From Escherichia phage DCP2: a stretch of 64,000 nucleotides of DNA. Each line of letters starts with the position of its first letter. The stretch's first letter is position 1. This document shows positions 50,666 to 61,354 of this stretch, piece after piece. The translations under genes were made by a program, and so were the position numbers. Under the pieces are notes generated by a model. The model was not told the DNA's origin and made no database searches. It was given only the letters and a program-made list of their open reading frames with translations. Where the stretch lies: sequence record OR780565.1; one strand, 5' to 3'.

Positions 50666-51348
50666 TGTTTGATTTTATTATAGATTTTGAAACAATGGGA
50701 AGCGGTGAAAAAGCAGCTGTTATTGATTTGGCTGTTATTGCCTTTGACCCTAACCCAGAAGTAGTTGAAACATTTGATGAATTAGTTTCACGCGGCATTA
50801 AAATCAAATTTGATTTAAAAAGCCAAAAAGGACAACGTCTTTTTACTAAAAGCACCATCGAATGGTGGAAAAATCAGTCTCCTGAAGCTCGAAAAAATAT
50901 TGCACCGTCAGATGAAGATGTAAGCACTATCGATGGTATTGTAAAATTTAATGATTATATCAATGCGCATAATATCGATCCTTGGAAATCTCAAGGCTGG
51001 TGTCGTGGAATGTCGTTTGATTTTCCAATTTTAGTCGATCTCATTCGCGATATTCAACGTCTTAATGGCGTTTCTGAGAATGAACTTGACACATTTAAGT
51101 TAGAACCATGTAAATTCTGGAATCAGCGTGATATTCGTACCAGAATTGAAGCACTTCTCCTTGTTCGTGATATGACCACGTGTCCTCTTCCAAAGGGAAC
51201 TTTAGATGGATTCGTTGCACATGATTCTATTCATGACTGTGCGAAAGACATCCTGATGATGAAGTATGCTTTGCGCTATGCTATGGGTCTTGAAGATGCT
51301 CCATCAGAGGAAGAATGCGATCCTCTGTCTCTTCCAACAAAACGATAA
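50665..51348 (+). CDS. dexA: Exonuclease A (DnaQ-like 3'-5' exonuclease)
   Basis: 227 aa; N-terminal DFET exonuclease motif. Confidence 0.9.
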   Translation: MFDFIIDFETMGSGEKAAVIDLAVIAFDPNPEVVETFDELVSRGIKIKFDLKSQKGQRLFTKSTIEWWKNQSPEARKNIAPSDEDVSTIDGIVKFNDYINAHNIDPWKSQGWCRGMSFDFPILVDLIRDIQRLNGVSENELDTFKLEPCKFWNQRDIRTRIEALLLVRDMTTCPLPKGTLDGFVAHDSIHDCAKDILMMKYALRYAMGLEDAPSEEECDPLSLPTKR

Positions 51349-51354
51349 AAAGTT

Positions 51355-51388
51355 GTTTACTTCCTCAGTTAGTTGTGGTATTATAACA
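51355..51388 (+). promoter_or_regulatory. T4-type early promoter with SD-sequestering inverted repeat
   Basis: GTTTAC then ttgtggtattataac; perfect 7-bp arms cctcagt (51363) and actgagg (51398), the latter containing the SD. Confidence 0.65.
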
Positions 51389-51411
51389 CCATAGCTACTG
51401 AGGATAATAAA

Positions 51412-51912
51412 ATGAAAATTTATCGTGTTGAATCATCGTTTAGTATTCTTGATTATGAAGATGCTATAACAATACGTCGAAATCTTTGTGTTCAAATAAC
51501 GCCGTACAGGAGTATAATAGATTCATGGAGCGAAGAGTGGCTATTACACGTAGGTTATGACAGACCTAATTTTATGCATCATAGCGATAATAATAAAAGA
51601 ATTCCTTTACCACACGAAGATAAACTATTAGTTAAAAACGCTAATATAGTAATTAATACTAAGTTCAAGAAAGATTATGTTGGATTAGAATATCATATTC
51701 CAGGATGGTTTATAGCTCTTTATCATTTTGCTTTCGCTAGTGAATATGATATGATGAGATGGTTCACACGAGAAGAGCGGGAAGAATTATCTTCTAAAGG
51801 ATTTTATCTCGCTGTATACGAAGTTCCAGATGATCAAGTTATCATTGGCGGGCACCAAGTAATGTTCCGCAAATCGCATGCTGAACTCATAGATTTTATT
51901 GAAATGAGATAA
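51412..51912 (+). CDS. Hypothetical protein, 166 aa
   Basis: ATG with SD tgaggataat after the promoter. Confidence 0.55.
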   Translation: MKIYRVESSFSILDYEDAITIRRNLCVQITPYRSIIDSWSEEWLLHVGYDRPNFMHHSDNNKRIPLPHEDKLLVKNANIVINTKFKKDYVGLEYHIPGWFIALYHFAFASEYDMMRWFTREEREELSSKGFYLAVYEVPDDQVIIGGHQVMFRKSHAELIDFIEMR

Positions 51913-51914
51913 TT

Positions 51915-52460
51915 ATGAAATTTAATTATAATCCTGAATACACACCAAATCCGGTAGCTAAACTGATTGATTTTGATGTTGTAAGCACTTATGTATGCCC
52001 TGTTAAACCACTGGAAATTAAGGAACCTACTATGACTACCACTATTGAAATCGGCAAAACCTACAAACTGGTTGAACCTAAAATTAAAACTAATGCCTTG
52101 ATTTCTGGTCATAAAACTCTGACTGATGTTTTTGGCGAAGGCGAATTTATTGTTGAAGAATTTGCCAAAAGTGAGTGGTTTGACAAATCTTACGTCATCC
52201 ACAGTCGCCGGTTAGATAATAACAAAATAAAGAAAAACCTGGTTTATGAAGATGAGTTCATCCTGTTCCAAGAAGTTGAAGAACAAGACCCTACAGACCT
52301 GTTGTGTGCTGCTGTGTCTATCCGTCGTCCTTTTGATAATCCTATCTGTGGTTGGGTAACAGACCAGTGGGTTGAAGACGGTGTTGAGCTTCTGAACGTT
52401 GTCCATGCAGGAGATTTTAGTGTAGTACCTCGTAGTGCGGTGGTAGCTATTTTAAATTAA
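51915..52460 (+). CDS. MotB paralog, 181 aa
   Basis: C-terminal region CGWVTDQWVEDGVELLNVV aligns with motB CAYITDQWVEDGVKLYNVV. Confidence 0.6.
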   Translation: MKFNYNPEYTPNPVAKLIDFDVVSTYVCPVKPLEIKEPTMTTTIEIGKTYKLVEPKIKTNALISGHKTLTDVFGEGEFIVEEFAKSEWFDKSYVIHSRRLDNNKIKKNLVYEDEFILFQEVEEQDPTDLLCAAVSIRRPFDNPICGWVTDQWVEDGVELLNVVHAGDFSVVPRSAVVAILN

Positions 52461-52463
52461 TAG

Positions 52464-52496
52464 TTTACAAACTCTTGGGACCAGAGTATAATGGTC
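52464..52496 (+). promoter_or_regulatory. T4-type early promoter
   Basis: GTTTAC then cagagtataatgg; arms ggacca / tggtcc. Confidence 0.6.
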
Positions 52497-52536
52497 CTGT
52501 GGAGTATAAAATCTTTTTAACAAGTGAGAGATAACT

Positions 52537-53025
52537 ATGATTATTAATATTGGTGAAATTGCTCGTGTATCTGATAAATCCCGTTCTAAAGCAGCAGGAA
52601 AATTGGTCGAAATTGCAAGCATTCAGCTTAAACATGGCGTTAAAGATGAAGATTCTGAAGTAAAAGTGCGTATCATTCCTAAAGATGGAAAGTCTAAACC
52701 TCAGTTTGGCTATGTTCGTGCGAAATTTCTTGAATCTGCGTTTTTGAAAGCTGTTCCTGCTAAAGGAATTGAAACGATTGATACTTCACATGTAGGTGTA
52801 GACTTTAAGTGGAAACTCGGTCAGGCTATTAAGTTCATTGCTCCTCATGAATTTAAATTTATCAAAGATGGTGGTGCGGCTGTTTATACTCGTGCTATGT
52901 GCGCATACATTACTGATCAGTGGGTAGAAGATGGTGTTAAGCTGTACAACGTGGTATTTTTAGGAACATACAAAGTCATTCCTGAAAGCTGGATTAAACA
53001 CTATAGCAAAGCTCTCTATGCATAA
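52537..53025 (+). CDS. motB: MotB-like protein
   Basis: 162 aa; position between dexA and gene 39 as in T4. Confidence 0.7.
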   Translation: MIINIGEIARVSDKSRSKAAGKLVEIASIQLKHGVKDEDSEVKVRIIPKDGKSKPQFGYVRAKFLESAFLKAVPAKGIETIDTSHVGVDFKWKLGQAIKFIAPHEFKFIKDGGAAVYTRAMCAYITDQWVEDGVKLYNVVFLGTYKVIPESWIKHYSKALYA

Positions 53026-53047
53026 AGTTTAAAATTTTTTCATAAAA

Positions 53048-53095
53048 CTATATACATCAGTAGTTGATTATGGTACTATATCAATATCAACTACT
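53048..53095 (+). promoter_or_regulatory. Promoter-like -10 (tatggtactatat) framed by a perfect 11-bp inverted repeat
   Basis: cagtagttgat ... atcaactactg around the -10-like sequence; no GTTTAC box. Confidence 0.45.
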
Positions 53096-53197
53096 GATAC
53101 AGAAAACAACTTAGAGAATAAAATGGAAAATTTGCCAAAGGTGCTGCTACTCTTCTGAAACGCATCACTCCAATGTTCAATTAATGAGGAAATTGTA

Positions 53198-53413
53198 ATG
53201 AAACGTAAAATTGTTCAGAACTGCACTAATGACGAATTTGAAGATGTATTATTTGATCCAGATTTGGTAGTGGTTCAAAAAGAACATACCGTTAAGTTTA
53301 CTCACTTGACTTCGGTTTATGTGTATGAAAAGGTTGGTGATAAACAACCAATTTATGGCGTATTTCGTGAAATTACTGAAGATGGCACAACTTACTGGAA
53401 GGAAATTTATTAA
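53198..53413 (+). CDS. Hypothetical protein, 71 aa (cef-like by position and size)
   Basis: SD tgaggaaatt; 71 aa downstream of motB. Confidence 0.5.
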   Translation: MKRKIVQNCTNDEFEDVLFDPDLVVVQKEHTVKFTHLTSVYVYEKVGDKQPIYGVFREITEDGTTYWKEIY

Positions 53414-53832
53414 TGGCTATTAGATTTGAAGTTAATAAATGGTATCAATTTAAAAATAAACAAGCTCAAGAAAATTTTATTAAAGACCATACTGATAACA
53501 GAATCTATGCACGACGTTTAGGTATGGAACCTTTTAAAATTTTAGATGTTGACTATTACGGGCGTCCTACTAAAATTGTGACATCTACTGGCATAATTGG
53601 ATATTCAACATATGGTACAGTCATTGACGAAAACTTTATCTGGCTCTCTACTAACGAAGCTGGGTTCTTTGATGAAGTGGAAAATCCATATCAGGTTGCT
53701 GAAGAACAAGAGCAGGAAGAGCAAGAACAAATAGAAGATTTCACAGAATTCCCGGTAATGAAAGTTACTATTGAAAATAATGAACAGGCATGGTCCTTGT
53801 ATCAGATGTTGAAAGCACACTTTAAGGAATAA
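53413..53832 (+). CDS. Hypothetical protein, 139 aa, acidic repeat (goF-like by position)
   Basis: ATGG overlap; low-complexity [10 protein letters not shown]. Confidence 0.5.
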   Translation: MAIRFEVNKWYQFKNKQAQENFIKDHTDNRIYARRLGMEPFKILDVDYYGRPTKIVTSTGIIGYSTYGTVIDENFIWLSTNEAGFFDEVENPYQVAEEQEQEEQEQIEDFTEFPVMKVTIENNEQAWSLYQMLKAHFKE

Positions 53833-53834
53833 TT

Positions 53835-54011
53835 ATGCCAATGTATGATTATAAATGCCAATCCGAAGATTGTGGGCATGAATATGAAAAAATTAAAAAG
53901 ATTTCTGAACGAGAAAATGATGTTTGCCCTAAATGTCATCGTTTGTCTACTCGTCGGCCTTCTGCTCCTAAGCATGTGAATGGTGGATTTTACGACTTAC
54001 TTAAAGGGTAA
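53835..54011 (+). CDS. Zinc-ribbon protein, 58 aa (FmdB-like)
   Basis: MPMYDYKC...CGH...CPKCH Cys4 arrangement typical of FmdB-family zinc ribbons; below ORF-track cutoff. Confidence 0.5.
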   Translation: MPMYDYKCQSEDCGHEYEKIKKISERENDVCPKCHRLSTRRPSAPKHVNGGFYDLLKG

Positions 54012-54013
54012 TT

Positions 54014-54385
54014 ATGTTTAAAATTGGTAAGAAATATCGTGTTCGCGAAGGTGAAGAAAAGAAATATCTACTTTCTTCTATTTATAGGAATGGTTCTATT
54101 AATGCCGTAATATCTACAAGCGAATTTATCGTTGAAGATATGAAAGGCCATAATGTTACAATGATTAGTACAGCATCTGGAAATGATGGAAAAATTCTTC
54201 ACAGTTTTCAGAGTAATGTTCTAATTTATGATGAAGAATTTGACTTCTTCGAAGAAGTTCCTGAAGATTTTGATTTTGAATGCACTATCACTATGAAATC
54301 TGGTGACCCTCTTTCTTTTACAGTTAAAGATGAAAGAAGTCGCTTGAGAATTATTAGTCTCCTTCAAGCCATTAAATTTGAGTGA
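54014..54385 (+). CDS. Hypothetical protein, 123 aa
   Basis: ATG directly after upstream stop. Confidence 0.55.
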   Translation: MFKIGKKYRVREGEEKKYLLSSIYRNGSINAVISTSEFIVEDMKGHNVTMISTASGNDGKILHSFQSNVLIYDEEFDFFEEVPEDFDFECTITMKSGDPLSFTVKDERSRLRIISLLQAIKFE

Positions 54386-54389
54386 AATT

Positions 54390-54650
54390 ATGAAATATGT
54401 TAATCGTTCTATCGCGGCATTAGTATTAGCAGTATCTTTAGTAGGATGTACTGATGCTGATAATGCAACCAAAGTTTTGTCTTCAAGCGGTTTTACTAAT
54501 ATTGAAATCACTGGATATAATTGGTTCGGTTGCTCTGAAAATGATTTCCAACATACTGGATTTCGTGCTATTGGACCTACCGGGCAGAAAGTAGAAGGAA
54601 CAGTATGTTCTGGTCTATTCTTCAAGGATTCGACTATCCGTTTTAAATAA
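54390..54650 (+). CDS. Lipoprotein, 86 aa
   Basis: Signal peptide with lipobox LVGC; followed by a terminator. Confidence 0.55.
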   Translation: MKYVNRSIAALVLAVSLVGCTDADNATKVLSSSGFTNIEITGYNWFGCSENDFQHTGFRAIGPTGQKVEGTVCSGLFFKDSTIRFK

Positions 54651-54651
54651 A

Positions 54652-54668
54652 AGGCCTTCGGGCCTTTA
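54652..54668 (+). terminator. Hairpin
   Basis: aaggccttcgggccttt. Confidence 0.65.
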
Positions 54669-54692
54669 GCTTTATGATTACTGGAGTATAAT
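54668..54692 (+). promoter_or_regulatory. Candidate MotA-dependent middle promoter for gene 39
   Basis: tagctttat box then TATAAT at 54687. Confidence 0.5.
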
Positions 54693-54719
54693 ATTCCCGA
54701 AACCAAACGAGGATAAGTG

Positions 54720-56537
54720 ATGATTAAGAATGAAATTAAAATTCTGAGCGATATTGAACATATCAAAAAGCGTAGCGGCATGTACATTGGTTCTTCTGCT
54801 AATGAAATGCATGAGCGCTTTCTGTTTGGTAAATGGGAAAGTGTTCAGTATGTACCTGGTCTTGTTAAGCTTATTGATGAAATTATCGATAACTCAGTAG
54901 ATGAAGGTATTCGTACTAAGTTTAAATTCGCAAATAAAATTAATGTTACCATTAAAAATAATCAGGTAACAGTTGAAGATAACGGTCGTGGTATTCCACA
55001 GGCGATGGTTAAAACACCTACCGGTGAAGAAATTCCTGGTCCTGTTGCTGCCTGGACTATTCCAAAAGCAGGTGGTAACTTTGGTGATGATAAAGAACGC
55101 GTCACCGGCGGTATGAACGGTGTTGGTTCTAGTTTAACTAACATTTTTTCTGTGATGTTTGTCGGTGAAACTGGCGACGGTCAAAATAATATTGTGGTTC
55201 GCTGCTCGAATGGCATGGAAAATAAATCATGGGAAGATATTCCTGGAAAATGGAAAGGAACTCGCGTTACTTTCATTCCTGATTTTATGTCATTTGAAAC
55301 TAATGAGCTATCTCAAGTTTATCTTGACATTACACTAGATCGTCTCCAGACACTTGCGGTAGTTTATCCTGATATTCAATTTACCTTTAATGGTAAAAAG
55401 GTTCAGGGTAATTTTAAGAAATATGCACGCCAATATGATGAACATGCTATTGTTCAAGAACAAGAAAATTGTTCTATTGCGGTTGGTCGTTCACCGGATG
55501 GTTTTCGTCAATTAACATACGTCAATAACATTCATACTAAGAATGGTGGCCATCACATTGACTGTGTTATGGATGATATTTGTGAAGACCTTATTCCACA
55601 AATCAAACGTAAATTCAAAATTGATGTAACTAAAGCACGTGTTAAAGAATGTTTGACTATCGTTATGTTTGTCCGTGATATGAAAAACATGCGATTTGAT
55701 TCTCAAACTAAAGAGCGTTTGACTTCTCCATTTGGTGAAATTCGTAGTCATATTCAGCTTGATGCTAAAAAGATTTCACGTGCTATTTTGAATAATGAAG
55801 CAATTTTAATGCCAATCATTGAAGCTGCTTTGGCTCGTAAATTGGCGGCAGAAAAAGCAGCAGAAACTAAAGCAGCTAAAAAGGCTTCTAAAGCTAAGGT
55901 TCATAAACATATTAAAGCGAATCTTTGTGGTAAAGATGCTGACACTACTCTTTTCTTGACTGAGGGTGATTCTGCTATTGGATATCTTATTGATGTTCGT
56001 GATAAAGAACTTCATGGTGGTTATCCATTGCGTGGTAAAGTTCTTAACAGTTGGGGTATGTCATATGCTGATATGCTTAAAAACAAAGAACTATTTGATA
56101 TTTGCGCAATCACTGGATTAGTTCTTGGTGAAAAAGCTGAAAACTTGAATTATCATAATATTGCAATTATGACCGATGCTGACCATGATGGTCTAGGAAG
56201 CATTTATCCTTCTCTGCTCGGATTTTTTAGTAATTGGCCAGAATTGTTTGAACAAGGAAGAATTCGCTTTGTCAAAACTCCTGTAATCATCGCTCAGGTA
56301 GGTAAAAAACAAGAATGGTTTTATACAGTCGCTGAATATGAGAGTGCTAAAGATGCTCTACCTAAACATAGCATCCGTTATATTAAGGGACTTGGCTCTT
56401 TGGAAAAATCTGAATATCGCGAGATGATTCAAAACCCAGTATATGATGTTGTTAAACTTCCTGAGAACTGGAAAGAGCTTTTTGAAATGCTCATGGGAGA
56501 TAATGCTGACCTTCGTAAAGAATGGATGAGCCAGTAG
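54720..56537 (+). CDS. 39: DNA topoisomerase II large subunit gp39 (GyrB-like), unsplit
   Basis: 605 aa; GHKL ATPase EDNGRGIP and Toprim LTEGDSA; one continuous ORF (T4 splits this into genes 39 and 60). Confidence 0.95.
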   Translation: MIKNEIKILSDIEHIKKRSGMYIGSSANEMHERFLFGKWESVQYVPGLVKLIDEIIDNSVDEGIRTKFKFANKINVTIKNNQVTVEDNGRGIPQAMVKTPTGEEIPGPVAAWTIPKAGGNFGDDKERVTGGMNGVGSSLTNIFSVMFVGETGDGQNNIVVRCSNGMENKSWEDIPGKWKGTRVTFIPDFMSFETNELSQVYLDITLDRLQTLAVVYPDIQFTFNGKKVQGNFKKYARQYDEHAIVQEQENCSIAVGRSPDGFRQLTYVNNIHTKNGGHHIDCVMDDICEDLIPQIKRKFKIDVTKARVKECLTIVMFVRDMKNMRFDSQTKERLTSPFGEIRSHIQLDAKKISRAILNNEAILMPIIEAALARKLAAEKAAETKAAKKASKAKVHKHIKANLCGKDADTTLFLTEGDSAIGYLIDVRDKELHGGYPLRGKVLNSWGMSYADMLKNKELFDICAITGLVLGEKAENLNYHNIAIMTDADHDGLGSIYPSLLGFFSNWPELFEQGRIRFVKTPVIIAQVGKKQEWFYTVAEYESAKDALPKHSIRYIKGLGSLEKSEYREMIQNPVYDVVKLPENWKELFEMLMGDNADLRKEWMSQ

Positions 56538-56569
56538 TTTACTTTACCACAAGGATGTGGTATAATTAA
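56537..56569 (+). promoter_or_regulatory. T4-type early promoter
   Basis: GTTTAC then ggatgtggtataatt; 32-bp identity with 12143..12174. Confidence 0.65.
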
Positions 56570-56591
56570 TTGGGCAAATGAGGATATTGAA

Positions 56592-56795
56592 ATGAAATCA
56601 TATAAAGTAAATTTAGAACTTTTTGATAAAGCAGTTCACCGAGAATATAGAATCATTCAACGCTTTTTCGATATGGGAGAAGCCGAAGAGTTTAAAAACC
56701 GCTTTAAGGATATTAGAGATAAAATTCAATCCGACACCGCAACCAAAGATGAATTACTAGAAGTTGCTGAAGTTATTAAACGCAATATGAATTAA
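56592..56795 (+). CDS. Hypothetical protein, 67 aa
   Basis: SD aatgaggatatt. Confidence 0.55.
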   Translation: MKSYKVNLELFDKAVHREYRIIQRFFDMGEAEEFKNRFKDIRDKIQSDTATKDELLEVAEVIKRNMN

Positions 56796-56805
56796 TGAGG
56801 AAATT

Positions 56806-58983
56806 ATGATTATCACCACTGAAAAAGAAACAATTCTTGGTAATGGTTCTAAATCAAAAGCATTTAGCATCACAGCATCTCCTAAAGTATTTAAAATTCT
56901 ATCATCTGATTTGTATACAAACAAGATTCGCGCAGTAGTTCGTGAATTGATTACCAACATGATTGATGCCCATGCTCTCAATGGAAATCCTGAAAAATTT
57001 ATCATTCAAGTTCCAGGACGATTAGATCCGCGATTTGTTTGCCGAGATTTTGGTCCGGGTATGAGCGATTTTGATATTCAGGGTGATGATAATTCTCCTG
57101 GGTTGTATAATTCATACTTCAGTTCATCTAAGGCTGAATCTAACGATTTCATTGGTGGATTTGGTTTAGGTTCTAAATCTCCGTTTAGTTATACTGATAC
57201 GTTTAGTATTACTTCGTACCATAAAGGTGAAATTCGCGGTTATGTAGCTTATATGGATGGTGACGGTCCGCAGATTAAACCTACATTCGTAAAAGAAATG
57301 GGTCCAGACGATAAAACTGGTATTGAAATCGTAGTTCCAGTTGAAGAAAAAGACTTTAGAAACTTTGCTTATGAAGTTTCTTATATCATGCGACCATTCA
57401 AAGATTTGGCTATCATTAATGGTCTTGACCGTGAAATTGATTATTTTCCGGATTTTGATGACTATTACGGCGTAAATCCAGAAAGATACTGGCCAGATCG
57501 TGGTGGATTGTATGCTATCTATGGTGGTATTGTTTATCCTATTGATGGTGTTATTAGAGACCGTAACTGGTTAAGCATTCGCAATGAAGTGAATTATATT
57601 AAGTTTCCAATGGGTTCACTTGATATTGCTCCATCACGTGAGGCTCTTTCACTAGATGATCGTACTCGTAAAAATATTATTGAGCGTGTTAAAGAGCTCA
57701 GTGAGAAGGCATTTAATGAAGATGTAAAACGATTTAAAGAATCTACATCTCCTCGTCATACATACCGTGAATTGATGAAGATGGGGTATTCTGCTCGAGA
57801 TTATATGATTAGTAATTCGGTCAAATTCACGACTAAAAATCTGTCATATAAAAAGATGCAGAGCATGTTTGAACCTGACAGTAAGTTATGCAATGCAGGG
57901 GTTGTGTATGAAGTAAATCTTGACCCTCGACTGAAACGCATTAAGCAAAGTCATGAAACTTCAGCCGTTGCATCAAGTTATCGTCTGTTTGGTATTAACA
58001 CAACAAAAATTAATATCGTTATTGATAATATTAAAAATCGTGTTAATATTGTCCGTGGATTAGCACGTGCGTTAGATGATAATGAATTTAATAACACCTT
58101 AAATATTCATCACAATGAACGCCTTTTGTTTATTAATCCGGAAGTAGAATCACAGATTGATTTGCTTCCTGATATTATGGCAATGTTTGAAAGTGATGAA
58201 GTTAACATTCATTATTTGTCAGAAATTGAAGCTTTAGTTAAAAGTTATATTCCAAAGGCAGTAAAAAGTACAGCTCCTCGTCCTAAAGCTGCCACTGCAT
58301 TTAAGTTTGAAATTAAAGACGGGCGCTGGGAAAAAGAGGAGTTGTTTACACTTACGTCAGAAGCAGATGAAATTACTGGTTATGTAGCATACATGCATCG
58401 TTCTGATATTTTCTCTATGGATGGTACTACATCGCTTTGTCATCCATCTACGAATATTTTGATTCGTATGGCTAATCTTATTGGCATTAATGAATTTTAT
58501 GTTATTCGTCCGCTTTTGCAGAAAAAGGTAAAAGAACTTGGTCAGTGCCAATGTATTTTTGAAACTTTGCGTGATTTATATGTAGATGCTTTTGATGATG
58601 TAGATTATGATAAGTATGTAGGTTATTCAAGTTCAGCTAAACGATATATTGATAAAATTATCAAGTATCCTGAGTTAGATTTTATGATGAAGTACTTCAG
58701 TGTAGATGAAGTTTCCGAAGAATATACACGACTCGCTAATATGGTTAGTTCATTACAGGGTGTATATTTTAATGGTGGAAAAGATACCATCGGTCATGAC
58801 ATCTGGACGGTAACTAATCTTTTTGATGTATTATCAAATAATGCTTCAAAAAACAGTGATAAAATGGTTGCTGAGTTTACCAAGAAATTCCGTATTGTTT
58901 CCGACTTCATCGGTTATCGCAACTCTTTAAGTGATGATGAAGTTTCCCAAATCGCTAAAACTATGAAGGCCCTTGCGGCCTAA
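56806..58983 (+). CDS. rIIA: rIIA protein
   Basis: 725 aa; N-terminal ATPase-like region; matches T4 rIIA as recalled. Confidence 0.95.
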   Translation: MIITTEKETILGNGSKSKAFSITASPKVFKILSSDLYTNKIRAVVRELITNMIDAHALNGNPEKFIIQVPGRLDPRFVCRDFGPGMSDFDIQGDDNSPGLYNSYFSSSKAESNDFIGGFGLGSKSPFSYTDTFSITSYHKGEIRGYVAYMDGDGPQIKPTFVKEMGPDDKTGIEIVVPVEEKDFRNFAYEVSYIMRPFKDLAIINGLDREIDYFPDFDDYYGVNPERYWPDRGGLYAIYGGIVYPIDGVIRDRNWLSIRNEVNYIKFPMGSLDIAPSREALSLDDRTRKNIIERVKELSEKAFNEDVKRFKESTSPRHTYRELMKMGYSARDYMISNSVKFTTKNLSYKKMQSMFEPDSKLCNAGVVYEVNLDPRLKRIKQSHETSAVASSYRLFGINTTKINIVIDNIKNRVNIVRGLARALDDNEFNNTLNIHHNERLLFINPEVESQIDLLPDIMAMFESDEVNIHYLSEIEALVKSYIPKAVKSTAPRPKAATAFKFEIKDGRWEKEELFTLTSEADEITGYVAYMHRSDIFSMDGTTSLCHPSTNILIRMANLIGINEFYVIRPLLQKKVKELGQCQCIFETLRDLYVDAFDDVDYDKYVGYSSSAKRYIDKIIKYPELDFMMKYFSVDEVSEEYTRLANMVSSLQGVYFNGGKDTIGHDIWTVTNLFDVLSNNASKNSDKMVAEFTKKFRIVSDFIGYRNSLSDDEVSQIAKTMKALAA

Positions 58984-58994
58984 TAAGGAAAATT

Positions 58995-59933
58995 ATGTAC
59001 AATATTAAATGCCTGACCAAAAACGAACAAGCTGAAATTGTCAAACTGTATTCAAGCGGTAATTATACCCAACAGGAATTGGCTGATTGGCAAGGTGTAT
59101 CGGTTGACACAATCCGTCGTGTTTTGAAAAATGCTGAAGAAGCTGAGCGTTCCAAAGTTACCATTAGCGGTGACATTACAGTTGAAGTTAAGAGTGATGT
59201 AGCTATTGCTCCAGTTGCTAAATCTGACATTATTTGGAATGCATCTAAAAAATTCATTTCAATTACTGTTGATGGCGTAACTTATAACGCAACTCCTAAT
59301 ACTCATTCAAACTTTCAGGAAATTCTTAACCTGCTTGTTGCAGATAAATTGGAAGAAGCGGCACAAAAAATTAATGTTCGTCGCGCCGTTGAAAAATATA
59401 TTTCCGGTGATGTTCGAATTGAAGGTGGAAGCCTGTTCTATCAAAATATTGAATTGCGGTCTGGTTTAGTTGATCGTATTCTCGATTCGATGGAAAAAGG
59501 TGAAAACTTTGAATTTTATTTTCCGTTCTTGGAAAATCTGCTGGAAAACCCAAGCCAAAAAGCAGTATCTCGACTCTTTGATTTCTTGGTAGCAAACGAT
59601 ATTGAAATTACAGAAGACGGTTACTTCTATGCTTGGAAAGTAGTTCGCAGCAATTACTTTGACTGTCATTCAAATACTTTTGATAACAGCCCTGGTAAAG
59701 TAGTTAAAATGCCACGTACTCGTGTGAATGACGATGATACACAAACTTGTTCTCGCGGTCTGCATGTGTGTTCTAAATCTTATATTCGTCACTTTGGCAG
59801 TTCAACCAGCCGAGTTGTAAAAGTTAAAGTACATCCTCGCGATGTAGTATCAATTCCGATTGATTACAACGATGCTAAAATGCGTACCTGCCAATACGAA
59901 GTAATTGAAGACGTTACTGAACAATTTAAATAA
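58995..59933 (+). CDS. rIIB: rIIB protein
   Basis: 312 aa directly after rIIA. Confidence 0.95.
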   Translation: MYNIKCLTKNEQAEIVKLYSSGNYTQQELADWQGVSVDTIRRVLKNAEEAERSKVTISGDITVEVKSDVAIAPVAKSDIIWNASKKFISITVDGVTYNATPNTHSNFQEILNLLVADKLEEAAQKINVRRAVEKYISGDVRIEGGSLFYQNIELRSGLVDRILDSMEKGENFEFYFPFLENLLENPSQKAVSRLFDFLVANDIEITEDGYFYAWKVVRSNYFDCHSNTFDNSPGKVVKMPRTRVNDDDTQTCSRGLHVCSKSYIRHFGSSTSRVVKVKVHPRDVVSIPIDYNDAKMRTCQYEVIEDVTEQFK

Positions 59934-59948
59934 GGGCTTCGGCCCTTA
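59933..59948 (+). terminator. Hairpin
   Basis: agggcttcggccctta. Confidence 0.6.
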
Positions 59949-59961
59949 ACTGAGGAAAATT

Positions 59962-60156
59962 ATGTTAGGTTATCAAGCACGAGTAAAAGAAGAATACGAT
60001 CAATTAATGCTCAAAATTAATGCACTGAGCAAATTTTTAGAAAGCACAAAGTTTCTAACGATTAATGAAGTTGAGCAAGAACTGCTGCTTTCACAGTTTA
60101 TCTCAATGAAATCTTACGCAGATTGTTTAGAGAAAAGAATTGCACAATTCAAATAA
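59962..60156 (+). CDS. Hypothetical protein, 64 aa
   Basis: SD ctgaggaaaatt. Confidence 0.55.
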   Translation: MLGYQARVKEEYDQLMLKINALSKFLESTKFLTINEVEQELLLSQFISMKSYADCLEKRIAQFK

Positions 60157-60161
60157 AATAA

Positions 60162-60180
60162 GGGCTTCGGCCCTTTTGTT
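60162..60180 (+). terminator. Hairpin terminator
   Basis: agggcttcggccc then ttttg. Confidence 0.7.
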
Positions 60181-60242
60181 TTAAGAGAAATTATGATTTA
60201 TTATATGAATACCAGTGATTCAGACATAAAAGGAAAGTCTAA

Positions 60243-60800
60243 ATGCAGAAAACGAATCCGGGTTTACAGAGACTATTTCAGATTCCGACATTTACCCTAT
60301 CGAACAATGATTTGACTAGTGAAATGAAGGTCAAAATTGCTGATACAGCAAGATACTCTTTAAAACAAAATCCTAATCAGGATAAAGCAGAAGTTATTGA
60401 AAGATGTCGTATCGCTGTGTACGCAGAATTTTTTGTAGCAGATTGGCTAAGCGGGTACGTTAACAAAGGCCAAGAGGATGTTAATGACCCGTATACATAT
60501 GCATGGGATGTATTAGCGCATCCAAAATACTGTGGGCTTCGTGTAGAAGTTAAGACACATCAAACTGACTCACGTTGGATTTCTGTAACAACAGGATGCA
60601 GCGGAGAGTATCCATATGGTTCTGGAATAAATCTAGGGCCTATTCTAAATCATCAAGTCGCTGACTGTATAATTATATTCAACACTAAAGAAATTCATCC
60701 AGGTGTCATCCAGTACACTCCGAAGTTCATCGGTGATAGAGAAGACCTTCGTAAGGTTGTAAGAAAAAGCAACTACAGCGGATGGTATCTTTCCATTTAA
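60243..60800 (+). CDS. denB: Endonuclease IV DenB
   Basis: 185 aa; position after rIIB and length as in T4. Confidence 0.8.
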   Translation: MQKTNPGLQRLFQIPTFTLSNNDLTSEMKVKIADTARYSLKQNPNQDKAEVIERCRIAVYAEFFVADWLSGYVNKGQEDVNDPYTYAWDVLAHPKYCGLRVEVKTHQTDSRWISVTTGCSGEYPYGSGINLGPILNHQVADCIIIFNTKEIHPGVIQYTPKFIGDREDLRKVVRKSNYSGWYLSI

Positions 60801-60816
60801 AAAATTTCACAAAATG

Positions 60817-60848
60817 GTTTACATACCACAAGGACCGTGGTACTATAC
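60817..60848 (+). promoter_or_regulatory. T4-type early promoter
   Basis: GTTTAC then ccgtggtactatacaact. Confidence 0.65.
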
Positions 60849-60873
60849 AACTATCAACTACAGAGGAACAAAA

Positions 60874-61137
60874 ATGAAATTTAAATTCTTTTATGTTAAA
60901 CATAAAATCACAGGTGAATTTGTTCATGTACAATATTCTGAAATTGACGATGCAACATCATTTATTTCATTGGGATTGTCTAAATATGAATCAGACCAAC
61001 CATATCTTACTGATAAATTGCAACAAGAGCGTTTGTTGAATGGTGATTTAAACAATTCTTGGGAAGTTCTTATTTACGATGATTTAAAGAAAGCTATTAA
61101 AGAAAATAATCTTGAAATCATTGAGATTGAACTATGA
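60874..61137 (+). CDS. Hypothetical protein, 87 aa
   Basis: First ATG after the promoter with SD agagga. Confidence 0.5.
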   Translation: MKFKFFYVKHKITGEFVHVQYSEIDDATSFISLGLSKYESDQPYLTDKLQQERLLNGDLNNSWEVLIYDDLKKAIKENNLEIIEIEL

Positions 61138-61322
61138 GTTCACTATGGTGGTGTTTTGTTTGGTTAATTAGTATTCCAGTAATTTGTTTAATATTTACTT
61201 TTGTGATGAGGTTATTATGAAAATTTTGAATTCTGTACTTATTGCTTGTGCGTGGTGGGTTGCACAGGTTTCAGCGGTAGTAGTTGGTATTCACATTTAT
61301 TACGAATATTTTTAAAAAAGTT

Positions 61323-61354
61323 GTTTACAAGACTGTTCTTCCGTGGTACTATTA
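61323..61354 (+). promoter_or_regulatory. T4-type early promoter
   Basis: GTTTAC then ccgtggtactattaccctatc; second copy of the 62-bp repeat. Confidence 0.65.

Noticed and set aside
54221-54787. 188-aa minus-strand ORF
   Set aside because: Antisense to three plus-strand genes and a promoter region; no RBS; inconsistent with the operon layout.
54720-56537. Gene 60 split and 50-nt translational bypass element in the topoisomerase gene
   Set aside because: Gene 39 is a single uninterrupted 605-aa ORF; no in-frame stop followed by a take-off/landing codon pair was seen.
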